Source of the DNA: Trichoplax adhaerens
Lineage: Eukaryota > Animalia > Placozoa
Length of the DNA stretch: 64,000 bases
NCBI RefSeq assembly: GCF_000150275.1
Contig: NW_002060946.1
Span: 6,801,855-6,865,854 of the forward strand
Direction: 5' to 3'
Shown: positions 12,201-24,849 of the stretch, in pieces
Layout: each line of letters starts with the position of its first letter
Position numbering within the stretch: the first letter of the stretch is position 1
Notes under the pieces: model-generated
Told to the model about the DNA's origin: nothing
The model's database searches: none
What the model saw: the letters and a program-made list of their open reading frames with translations, nothing else
Made by a program: the position numbers and the translations under genes

Positions 12201-14679
12201 CGATGAGTGTCGTACTCTACAGTAATCTATAATTAACACTTTCAAACTACGTTAACCACTTACACAATAGCCTTCTAATTTATTATTGATTCCGTCAGAG
12301 TATGGAAAGATTAATCATAAACGCCAGATGACAGCTAACTTTTATTATTCTATCCACTACAAGTACAGTAATTACTGTTGAAGCCGACTGTAATATTGTA
12401 TATTATATATTACTTACTTGTACTTTGCGCACCGAACAGGAGTTTAAAAAATTACACTTACAATCGTTCAGATACATTATTCTTTCAAACTGGCAGAGTT
12501 CATACACAAGAGATCTCTTTTATTCAACTAAAAAGGCAGATGTATTATTGTACAGTATTTAGGATTCACTTATTATTCACTACTAACAGCCATCAAGATA
12601 CAAATAAAAGCGATAGATAGCTAATTCTTTTAATGTTAGGATACAGTTTGTAAACCATACTGATTACAAGTTGAAAAAATTCCCAAGTATTGCTTTCTTT
12701 TACAATAATTAGTTATTAAATTATTGATTCAACATATCGAACGAAGAACATTTGGTTGAGTTGAAATTCAACCCATCCAATGCTTCAAACATTCACGTAA
12801 AGGGGTGAAATAACACGTTAATACCAAAAAACATTTAATTTTATAGCATGAATCCAACATTAAATTATGCGATCCATTTCAAACATTGGGTTAACTAAAC
12901 CATCTTAACCATACAATCAATTTACCGCGATCCATGTTCATGTTTTATACAATAGATGTGCCCTATAGTCATACTAATATTTTCTTGTCATAATAATAAT
13001 TATTCAATTTTTATATAAGATATATATATACGTAACAATATATATATACGATATATATAATCTATATACATACAGTATACATATAATAATAAGTCGAAAT
13101 ATTTCAATTCAATGACCCTACTTTTACATTGCCCTTTGGGATGGTTTTGTTAGAGCGTCCATGTGTCACGAGTACAGCATTGGACCCACTGATGGCACCA
13201 TCTTTCAAGAGATACAATTAAATAGATAGATATGTAAGAAGATTTCTCCAGTCCACTATTTCATTACCATCGATTGCAATAGAAACAATCCAGTAGAATG
13301 AAACGTGGCATGAATGGAAACAAAGATTGAATAACGCCAACATAGGATGATATACAGTAGGAGATATTAGGGCTAAATTTGTATATGTCATCATCATAAT
13401 ATGCAATAGAATTAATCAAAATCATTGACATGAAATATGCAGCCATTGCCATTGCTAGCAGCAATAGTCGATTGATACAGTATATATATATTCGTATACG
13501 AATATAGATACATTGATCTATATGTGTTCTATACGAGTATATATGTATAAGTACTTATTAGTGTACTCCATCAGGAGTTTTTTCAACATCGCCAGATGAC
13601 GACGACAATGATAACACTACCAAAACACCTCAGTAATATGCAATATGACAATAACTACAGTACTACATTACCAAGCAGAATAATCGACAATGGTCTACTA
13701 AAGTCCTCCCTACTTAAGTGTAGTCAACTTTTTTTTTCTAATTCTAAATATTACTAAAACAACCATGACCTACAGTCTAGAGTATTCTATTACCGCGCGG
13801 TGAGACAGCAGTAGTATTATGATTATCATCAATAACAATAATAGTAACGATAATTCAATATCATTATCATAACAATTGTTGGTTATAGTAAATGGTAATA
13901 ATAAATATCACACAAAAAGTCATTGATTAAGGCAAACAACAGCGCAAGAAAACTGTCACGGTATAAAAAAGAAAATTGAGACAATTAATTTGAAAGAAAA
14001 AAAATTCCTTTTGCTATGACGTCCTGTCTAGTGTCCACAAGCACTATTTACTAAGAGTACATTGAACAGGAGTTGCCAGGAGTACCGACTTAATGAGTCC
14101 ACATTGTCCAATTCAAACTACGCCAGTATGGTATCATGGACCATACAAGGCACATGGACAATGCACTCACCCATGAATAGCAGTTGGTGGACGATATAAC
14201 GTAATGCACTTTGTGCTCTTTACTATGACAAATTCAAAAAAAAATTTTTCAATAACATTATTTTGCAATGTTGAAGAGAGTAATACTGTACGTCGTTGTG
14301 GATGTTGGTACTATCTTTACAATGGGATAAGAAAATGGCAAAACTTTTCAAATGTTTCTTGCATGTCTACTTTTCTTTCTTGTGATGCTATGCAGAATAT
14401 TATCATTGTACAGTAGTCGATGTAGGCAAATTGCCATCATTTCAATTCATTCATGAATACTATCTTGATCGTTGTAAATTGAAAATAATTTTCCTTTGCA
14501 TGTGTTGTAGACACTTTGAAATTTTTTTTTCTCTCTTTCGGTCGATGATATAGAATTATTATCGATGTTTTTTTTCTTTCTACAGTAGATCTTTAGTCTC
14601 TCTGTCTCTCTGTAGTGTGACAATTTAGTTTGAATTTGATGTTGCTTCTCTAGCCATTGTTGTTGGTAGTATTACTTTA

Positions 14680-15377
14680 TTACACAGAACAATCAATTAA
14701 TTCTCTCTTCCTTTTACGAGGTAATAATTTTCTGGCATCATGATCACTCTTTGGAGATAGATCTTCACGTTGTTTTTTATCGCATGGCCATGCGACTACT
14801 AGGCCAGATGAGTTGGTAACTTGCTGACATAATATGATAGCAGCTTGGATAGACAAAACACGTTCGTGATTTTTTACACCATCAAATGTGTCCCAATAAA
14901 CACTATGTTCCCAAATATGCTTGGTAAAGCAGACTCTACTCTTATACACTTTATCTAGAATAAGCAGAATAAAAAAAAGCACCAAAATTGAAATTGAATT
15001 ATTTCAAAATCAAATTGAACTACAGCCAAACAGGATACTATGCTCTCCATTTTTGGGTGATAATTAAGCTTCCAAAAATATTAAAAAAATTTTCTTAATC
15101 AAACAAAGAAAACGGTATGCGGTTACAAACACTCGCACATGAATCGTTGAAAAAATTTTCCTTTCCACTAATAGAACTAACACAATATTTTAAACTCTAA
15201 ATAAGGTAGTCCAAAGCAAGTGTAAAAAGGACTGTTTTTAGCCAACTTACCACAGATACAGCAGATAATTTCGCTACCATCGTAAGATTTATATCGAGTT
15301 AAAACTTCCATTACATCGTTCAATTCGAGATCGCGTTTAATTTTTAAATTAGTAGGTGTGGGTGTGACAGAAGCCAT
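14680..15377 (-). CDS. Small single-C2H2 zinc-finger nuclear protein, 133 aa, 2 exons (15377-15251, 14954-14680)
   Basis: Exon 1 ends ...ATC TGT G|gtaagt. A pyrimidine-rich acceptor ttattctag|AT AAA joins it in phase 1, giving ...IICCICDKVYKSRVCFTKHIWEHSVYWDTFDGVKNHERVLSIQAAIIL...PRKRKRELIDCSV*. This makes a complete C-x2-C-x12-H-x3-H finger across the junction, with a basic NLS-like PRKRKR. The 500 nt upstream of the ATG (15378-15877) contain no minus-strand ATG. Confidence 0.85.
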
Positions 15378-15874
15378 ACTAGCTCTCTATAGTTTATGAC
15401 AGATGACCAGCAAGTCAGTAGACAATATACACAGTGTGAGTCTGTATGACCAGAGTACAGTGTTTGGATGAAACAATGCGTTCCAAAGTCTTCAATTTTT
15501 TTTTTTCTCTCTCTCCTTCCAGTACCGTATTTTAACAATTACGGCAATGTCGTATGTCCAATTTTTTCTTCTCTAATCCACTACTTTTGGATCCTGACAA
15601 ATAACCAATGCAAATCTGTCTAAATTCAATTCGACCACGTTAAGCAGAAAATTTCAAGCTATCTACAATGCTTGACCCCAATAATTCAGCTGAACTTTTC
15701 CTACGCCGTACAACCAACCAGTGACCGAGAACAATGTTTTCAATTTGTCTGCCACCCTGTCTTCTACACACGCTTAAAACTGTGAATGAAAAGAATGTCC
15801 AGTGTTTTTATTGACAATGATGTTATGCAGAGAAAAATTTTTTTTTTTAACTACCAAAAATTCTATAAATGTTT

Positions 15875-15975
15875 TCTCATGTGATTGGTTGCCTTTATCA
15901 ACACCGATTGATCGATGCTACTGTATATCAGGCCAATCAATGGTTGGTAACGTCATAAATGGCGGGAAATCAGTA
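15875..15975 (-). promoter_or_regulatory. Candidate promoter of the zinc-finger gene: CCAAT boxes and an E2F-like site
   Basis: tgattggtt (~15882) and ggccaatca (~15931) match CCAAT boxes. aaatggcgggaaa (15957-15969) contains a canonical E2F TTTCCCGCC on the minus strand overlapping a YY1-like CGCCATTT. The cluster lies just beyond the ATG-free leader. Confidence 0.45.
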
Positions 15976-16789
15976 TGATAAAAAAAAAAAAAAAAAGATA
16001 GTTATGCAAAAAACTCGATTCTGCGTACTTTGGGCTTGATGACGACATGATTCGATTCAATTAATATGGAGCGACGTGGCTGTGGCCTACGTCAGACCGT
16101 ATGTTGAAGTGGGTTTCCATGTTTGATGGGTCAGACTGTCACCTGACCATCTACAAACTACAGCGCTACGCTCAAGGTACACTCAAATTAGGCCATAGTC
16201 CATCCATCGACCTTCATCAATTCATTGAATGACAGTGCACTCATCACCTGTGCTTGGTGTTAGGTAATAGCATGGCCAAGCCATTCAACTGCAGACTTCA
16301 TCATGCAAATTGGAAATGGATGACACATAAGCTAAAATTAGTTTCCACTTCCAATCAATGCAGGGACAGGGATTACTGAATACTCAAGATAATATTTTAT
16401 TCCCTCCCCACCAAAAGGAGGAGAGTAAGGAAGCAAGTTTTTCTTGAGTAGCCCACCACACCGCTGTACTGTACGCCGATACGGTCATACGGTAATGAGT
16501 ACAGTACATGGGTTATCGCTGTTGAATGAATTTAGCGCAAGCGGTTTAATTTAGTAATTCATATAGAAATCCTATTTCATCTTCAACGAACTTTCTACTA
16601 TGTTCACAAGTTCATGCCATATTTTGATCTTTAGTCTGTAGTCTTTAAAAGGTACATTACTGAAAATGAGTGTGTTACGTGATTATACATAGTTTACTAT
16701 TTTCATGAAACGGATGTTTTACGAAAGGAAAAAAAAAAATAAATAAATAAATAACGTAATACAGTAAAGTGAAATTTTTCGAATTTACA

Positions 16790-17095
16790 AATTACTGTAC
16801 GTACAGTACAGTACAATACGGCGCATAATTGAGATATGACGTAACCAATCTTGTTCAAGACCATACTGTACTGTATTATTATTTATTATTATTATTAGTT
16901 ATTATAGTACTGTAGATACAATAATGCCTACAGTACAGTACTGTAAATGTTGCATGGTACACTGTACAGTATAGTACTGTACAGTACCAGCTGTAGCGCA
17001 CGATACTGTACCAAGTGCTAGAATCGAAATCCCATAACGGGACCTACAGTACAGTATCATGTCTACGCTACTGTACACTGTACAGTACTGGATGC
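16790..17095. repeat. CAGTA/TACTG-rich palindromic tract in the divergent interval between the zinc-finger gene and PRA1
   Basis: Many tacagta/tactgta words and a perfect 16-bp palindrome tactgtacgtacagta at 16793-16808. A CRE-like tgacgtaa and a ccaat lie at ~16837-16849. Confidence 0.8.
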
Positions 17096-17562
17096 GGCAC
17101 CTTTCAATGAATGAATTTGTTATAAACTGGATCTGTAAATCACTCAAAGACTCGGGTAGACTCCATCATTTTTTCCAATGATTTCATTTCTTGGCTGGTA
17201 AGTGGTTATTTTAACGCCTAGAACACAACCGAACAATGATGCAAATGTTGATAGCGGTACATTGTAAGCTGCAGGCTTATTCGCCTTCTGTTACATGATT
17301 ATTAATCGATTCAATCGAACCAATACGCCAACACTGAGCGCATCGCTGAGACATAGAAGAGAAGAAGAAAAAAAAATGGGCCTGCAGTTCCTTTTATACC
17401 TTGGCTTAGATATGCGCTTCAACTTTGTGCTGATTCACTTTTTGCATGGCGTACGTACGTATTGTCATAACATCATGTGAAGTCATCGAGCGTCAACCGC
17501 TATCGTTGTACTGTATAGTAGGTCGTGTAGTAGTATCATTCTCCATCAGGTGTCATGGCCGC

Positions 17563-17840
17563 TTACCAATCGCCAAATCTCTGATAGAGATTTGACGATC
17601 AAAAGCGCTAAAATGGCTTTGCACTAAAGCTCCAATAGATGGAATAATTGCAAAATGGCAATAAACAAATCAAGGCTTTACTACCTTGATTGATTCTATT
17701 ACCAATCGTCAAATCTCTATCAGAGATTTGACGATCAAAAGCGCTAAAATGGCTTTGCACTAAAGCTCCAATAGATGGAGTAATTGCAAAATGGCAACAA
17801 ACAAATCAAGGCTTTACTGCCTTGATTGATTCTATTACCA
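17563..17840. repeat. Tandem duplication, 136-bp unit x2, each copy with a 14-bp hairpin
   Basis: ttaccaatcg(c/t)caaatctct...agagatttgacgatcaaaagcgctaaaatggctttgcactaaagctccaatagatgg...ccttgattgattcta repeats with period 136. Confidence 0.95.
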
Positions 17841-20800
17841 GTACAACTTGAAAGCTTGGTAGAGCGCTCTCCACAGTGAGTCAATGATACTGACTGACTG
17901 TAGAATAATGTCAGCAAGTAAGGCTCGGGTAGACCTTTGAACCTTTGAACGATACAAGTTGAAATTGATCCATGGGCAATCATGGATAAAATATCAAAGG
18001 CTAACATTCAGTACGTCTACAATAATTAATCCATTGACTGTAGTCAAATCATGATGGCCTAACTTGCTTCTATATCGTTAACAAGCAAGTGCAATGGCAA
18101 CCGGTAATGACCAGCAGAACTTGATAGGCATGATGTCCTACCTATGATATCACAGGCTAAAACTTCATGAAGAAAACTGAAATACTTGGATCAACATAAA
18201 TATCCTACTTCTATAATCGTCTTAAGCGATTTTGGACTCTGGATTCATGGGATCCACATACCCTAGGTGTACAGTACAGTCTACGGCAACCACTTCTATC
18301 CTTGGTTGATCGACACCAGTTGGATATCAACTAGTTTCAATAACATGATGACGAATACTAAAAGTGATTCAACGGACTGACAATGTAAAATAGTCCAGGC
18401 ATTCTAATATGTAGTGCACTTATGGAATGGCTATTTGAACAAATTAAATAATGATATTGTCCTTATAATTTGGGTCGTCTATAGGATCGACGTTGCAAAC
18501 GATTGTTTTGATAATAAATCAAATCTATATTGCTCGAAAGACAGTAAAAGTCAGTTTTGCTACACGCCATTGCCTACCTTGCCCTAACATGATGGTGCGA
18601 AAGCAACTTTACCCTTCCAACACTTAGTACTATCCTTAAGAAGAAATTTGTAAGTAATATTCTTACCGTACGTACAGTATATGGATATGCATTTCAATAG
18701 AGCCATTGACTTAATTTGGCTATTAATTAGTTGTTGCAGTGATTATTTATTTACGCCTTCTAGACGTAGTGTGTTAATGAACACCGTACACCACTTTCCT
18801 TGAGTATGAAGAATGAGGCAACCAAATTGACCGATAGTATTGCAATAGCTATTCGTGTTTATTTACCTGCCATGACTACAGTATATAGTACAACAGTCTC
18901 TATTTTCATGCAATCATGCATTATTTCAATATCGCAAATCAACCTTAGTCAAATGCCTTACTGGTTGTATTGCTACTCATAAACGAGTAGAAAGACGTTC
19001 TTGAAAATCTATTCATGCTATACTACACCTGTAGACGTATGTATCAAGTTATTAATCCATCTATCATTGCAGTATCGACATTTTTTGCAACACTTATTCC
19101 CACTGTAATGAGCTAAAATAGATGAAATAATATAGGATTGATACGATATTATATTAACTCCATCTGCGGTAGATATAAATGATACAGTCACGTATTATAT
19201 AATTATAGAGCCAAATCAATCTTATTTCCCTTTGCCTACTCTTATGTAAGGAAATTCAACTGGTGTGAATGATGAGTTGGCAATGTATATGAAGAAATCT
19301 CGAATAACTATGTCCACACATATATGATCATTATTCATTAGACAGTACAATCAAAACAGCATGTCAAGCCATTTATATTTGTGTGTATGATGAATTGGTT
19401 ATCAACTCATCTTATATGATGGAATCCCCGTTTTAGCAGCATCGTCAAGTAAACCTTAATAAACATACTGCAATTAGGGATTGTAAATATCCTCTTTGGT
19501 ATTAGAATTACCCAAGTATGAAAACTCAGGTGCAATCGCTAACTACAATACAGGTTTTGAAAGACAGTGTTTTTACTGCTCCAAATCCTCTAGTGTTAAC
19601 TGTACAACGAGTCTACGTACCGTACTACATGGTTAAGATATCAAATAGATTATATATATACACTACCCGATTTTCTCTCAACTTATCCATCTGATTGATT
19701 AGTGCTAACCTTGACCTGATTGAAGGATATTAACTTCGGAACATCAGTTGCAATGCACGCATTACAAATAATTGTCATATGGATTTACTAAATCATACGT
19801 TACGCGGCATGATTGTGTACTTATGCTGATTCTATAATTCGCCATATGCTATCATCACATGAAAGTATAGCATATTCTGTCGCATCAATTCTCGAGATAA
19901 TTTTGCATTTGGATAACCAAATAGCTTCTAGAGGCTACTTTCTCGAGAGTAGAATACTCTATAAATTAATAATCATATTAATTCGTTTATGTATTTGTGG
20001 AACATAATTCTTGGTCAATTCCTCCATTGCATAATTTAGATATTTGAGTTGAAAGGTAAGTACTGTGCAATCCGTATTTACTATTACGAATAATTTAGCT
20101 ACAAGGTAGTGAAGGAAAGGCGAATTTATTAATCCTTTCTGAATATTTCTATGATAAAATTATAATTCTCTTACCGTAGTTCGACATAATAGAGTGTGTT
20201 TGATCTCTATAACGGTCTTTATTTCTCGTATTACTGTATTAAATTAAGAGATTAATAAAAGTTGTTTTAGTTTCCGTAGCTTGATAAATTTTAACTATTA
20301 TAGCTCGAGGATATCTTTAAACCAGGTATAAATCGTACCATTTCTTCTTTATAGTCAATAAAATAGCTAAGTTATCTCATACTTATTACAAACATTGGAT
20401 CAGATTATCTCTTATGTACTCTTACATCCGTAAATTTTTAACCTAAGATATTGGTCTTTATAGATTGTAGCAATATTACGTCCTGGTACTAGATTAATTC
20501 TTATTAGTTATAAGATTACAATACTTTTAAACAATAATTATCTAGAACATAAAATACCTGAATTAGCGTTCGTATCGTATCAGCATGTGTCAATGCAAAT
20601 GAACTCCTTGATGCCTATTCAAAGCATTGCCTATAACACTTTTAGCAGTAGCAAAATATAGTATCTGCAGGTCTTCATTCATTGCCCATATCCTTACTAA
20701 TATAAGCCTATGCACATGGAAGACACACATCATATTTCTTGTCGGATTAATTATCAGAAATTATAATCATTTTCTCCTAGTTAGCTATCGTAGTATGCTT

Positions 20801-20964
20801 TTGCTACTAATTAGTCAATTAGTTGGTTGGTGTTAATGTGGTCACGATTGCCTGTGATAAATATTAATTGTAAGATTTATGTATGTATAATGCTGATTAG
20901 CTTTAACTTATCTTCTAGGTTGATATATAGAGATTTCCTTGGATTTTAGCTACAAGTATATAAG

Positions 20965-22196
20965 ATGCCTACAATACTTGATACAGATGTTAATGAAAAT
21001 GAAGATCTTGAAGGAAAACAAACTGGTGTTCATGTAGGCAAAAAGCGGCAGATGAAGTCGGCCAAGGTAGAGGAGATAAAAAGCGAGAAAAGAGAATGGC
21101 TTAGTGCAGCATGGAAAGGTGTCAAACCTTGGTCCGCCTTCGTAACATGTAATAAATTTTCTAAACCGCAAAGTATTTCTGATGTTGGAAAGCGTCTAGT
21201 AACCAATATTCGATTCTACTGGTGGAATTATATCTTCATAACCCTCTTTTTAATGATTTTTTGTATGTAAGTGCGAGAATTAAAGCAAAAGTATAGAGAT
21301 AGTTCTTTTATGTTGATCAAAAGTGTCATTATCGTATCTACTATGTGAGCCGTAGAGGTAAAAGAAAGAGCTTTGCGCCAAGCTAACATGTTCATTTTAC
21401 TAATTAGACTCCAAATAATCTATTCTTATGTCTATAACTGTAATCTATATTAATTTTTAATTAACTAAAATAATCTTAGCTACGCATCTTATTGGCAGTA
21501 TTGTTGATATCGTACCCAGTACGTAAATCATCCACATCATGATGGTTTCTTTTATAAGTTCATTGAATCTCTAATACTGTGCCCAGTTACTTCATACTAG
21601 CTAATGCACGTCTGAAATTGATATCTTGTCCAGAATTACCTCACCTATGCTGCTTTTGGCATTGTGTGCAACAGCAGCCGGCTGTTACTGGATTAATACT
21701 CGCTGCAAAGGAGAAAAAACCAAATTTTGCGGTACTTATAGAATGGATTGCATATTTCCTTCACTTGAATTATCTAATACCGTTTGCTTGTCGTCATTTC
21801 CTAACATTACTAATAACTAAGACTGTAAAATTTTCTTTTGTTGTAGGCCATGAATTTGATAAAACTGAACAGTACGGACTCGTTTGTTTAATCACTTTAC
21901 CATTATATATCTTTGCATCTGCTGGTTCAACTATTTTTTGGCTCACGGGTATATTATTCTTTTTATGTCCATTTGTGGAATTAAAATTTTTATTTACCAA
22001 ATTACTGTATCGTAAAAGGCAAATTATTTTACTGTTAATACCACCATCGACGATAACTCGATAGCCAAATCAATCGTAATTTGATATATTTATTTGTATA
22101 TCCCTAGGTCTTGTAGCTTTCATAGTTTTCTTTCACGCTACATTTACCCTATCGGAGGATGAGATTCTTCCACCACCAGGCACAGAAATGGTATAA
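20965..22196 (+). CDS. RABAC1: Prenylated Rab acceptor 1 (PRA1 family), 196 aa, 4 coding exons (20965-21266, 21634-21731, 21847-21948, 22108-22196)
   Basis: PRA1 hallmarks: KPWSAF...FSKP, RLVTNIRFYWWNY, ITSPMLLLAL, PLYIFASAGSTIFWLTG, FFHATF and an acidic C-terminus ending EMV. All junctions are GT-AG and phase-consistent. Confidence 0.93.
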
Positions 22197-24849
22197 TTAT
22201 ACCGCCGCCGAAAATTTTTTACCGAATGATTAATTATAAATAACGTGTTAAATAATCGTAAGAATTATTAGAAATAATATTACGTATATAATATGTAAAA
22301 TATATATATTAAATAATGCGATTGTTCATTGCTAGATAATCATATGCCTGTATATTATCGCTTCGATTTATTAATATAATACAAGCTGTATAATATATTG
22401 CTTTATGACATTCAACTACTATAATTAGATCAATAACCGATGGTAAATTAAGCGTGTAAGTTAGGTAAATTACTTGTTACATATTGCGGGTATATCAAAC
22501 TTGACTGGTGATACGTTGGCTCCTTGTTACCTTGTATTGTTAAGGAATATGAGAATAATTAACGCAACCAATCGTGAAAAATATGAAGTTACATTCGAAA
22601 AATTAATAGTGTATTTATAAATATATCAATACCATCACTGACAGATAACAAAATATTACACCGAATATGTTGTAAAAAGTGCAACTACTACATTCAATAT
22701 TTACTTCTACAGAAAGGAAGTGTACTTTTTTAATACCTGTAATTCTTAAAAGTTGTTTCGTTATAAAGTAAACACTAAACGTCCGGGTATTAAAAACCAG
22801 TACAAAATATTACGGTAATCGGTTCCTTCAGTGGTTATTGATGCAATTTTAGCTGTCACTAACCTCTAAAAATTTCATTTATCACGATCTAGCGGTAGTG
22901 AATTTTTGTGAAATAAAATAAGAGTACCTATTGATGTAAGAATTTAAAATTATTGTTTATGATATATTTGAAGGTACTGACAGCATAACATGTAGTAAAA
23001 ACCAAAAGTCTCGATCTTACAATGTTTCATGGCAACAGACTGATGAGTGCAGGCCTCATCGATATAATGCTCAAACTTTTTACTACATTCTTTTATGATC
23101 CAGAAGCGTAATATCGAAAGTTTAACATGATACCGAAAAGACTGCGATTCGCCATTCACATAAGATCAGATCATATAATAGCAGCTTTATCTTTACCTAG
23201 TTACATAATTATTTATGATAAAATATGTAGCTATCGATGTCACGAAAAATTTAGTAATTTAATACATATTCTGCGGTCTTTCCTGGCAATCTTCTTGCTA
23301 AATTATAGTTACATCAAATAATGATAAAACTTTTCCATTACCGATACAACATGACGTTGATATTTTTATATGTATTCTTTCTCCCCAAATACGATTTTCT
23401 GTACTCCATTATTAGATATTCAAGGATAAAAAATTAGTCATCTATAGTATATTATTACTTCGATATCCTAAACCATTGCACAATTAGCAATTTTATTTCT
23501 CAACATTAAATTTAGACTTTCACGACACGATAGGTTGATTAAAAAAAGCAACTGACTGGTGGTATAGTTCTAACGACTACCGTCTAGTCTACAGTCAAAT
23601 CTGTGAACTTTCAGCCTCTATTTCATATGGTTTAATTGAATACTTCCAGTAACTGGTAACGATTTTAAACCGCATTATATCAAAAACTCACATCGTACAT
23701 TTTGATATTGTCCAAGGTCTGTAAATTTGCTATTAACTACTCATAACGTCTTTCAGATGTGTACAGTTCCTAGTTGCACTATCATGTACTTAGTTGGACA
23801 GTAGGTTTACAATAACAACAATAAATGAAACTCCTTTATCATTGCCTGAGATATTTGGAAATTAAAAAATACCAAGTATTAAATCTTACTCCTTGTACTT
23901 AAGCAAATGTAATAAATTTGTTCAGAAGGAAAAAACTTGAAGTATTAATTCTATTTATAATTATAGCGTTATATAATCAGTTGCTCAGGCCGATTGATTC
24001 TAGCCAGTATTTTAAAAATATATATTCATATTTCTAGCGACAGATAGTGTTCAATGTTTGCATGGTTATTCCTCTTTAGATATGATACATACGCATAAAT
24101 ACAAACCCTGAAGACTATTCTCTTCGAAGTTTAGGTGGTTATTTTTATACTTATTAAATCCGTCAAAAAGTCGATCAAAAATACATCGTAGCAAGGCGTA
24201 ACCTTTATTATCATTTAATGTGCATTGATAAGTGTATTATAATGTAGATATAGTCTACACAAATAGATGTATGCTGTAAATATAGTATATCGTATACGTG
24301 CATACTGTGTAATGTACAGTACATATAAGCGTGTCTACTAATAAGTTGTATACTCGCAAATAGGTTTATTTTTTACATATATAGTACAGTCTATATTGTT
24401 ATATAGCGTTGATAAATAAAAAAATTAAATCAGTCGGCGTTATTTAGTCGGTAATGTATAATATTTTCCTCGAAATAGTAATTTATATACCGAAAATGTC
24501 CCCGATAAAATATTTTAAGGCAGTTACAGTAACAGTTTTGATTTTCTTGATATAAAAACACATCGCTTCTCTTTGAGGAGTAATTCTTGTTCTAATTTAA
24601 TAGGACTAGTTATTGAGCTTACCGCAGATAAAAAAATAACTTTAATTTAGTCTTATTATAGAATAATAAATGAAAATAATTTGTGTATTAAGAGATCTCT
24701 ATTCATTTACTGAATTTCGTTAGTTCTATAGATATTCAATGTCAAATAGCAACTTGTTAAATTGCATATTTATAAGTCCTAGGCATAAATACTACCACAT
24801 CTAGGGCCATTTTAATGATGAAAGGAATAAATAACTCGACAGGATAAAA

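Noticed and set aside
13150-13580. Antizyme-like +1 frameshift sites on the minus strand (TCC TGA T at ~13570; TCG TGA C at ~13167)
   Set aside because: The +1 frames stop within 4-5 codons and there is no antizyme ORF2.
14750-14775. REDLSPK as a CtBP-binding PxDLS motif in the zinc-finger protein
   Set aside because: It lacks the key proline, so the match is too weak to claim.
21579-22064. 161-aa ORF as a separate gene
   Set aside because: It is read-through of PRA1 introns and exons, and only the exon-3 part is in the PRA1 frame.
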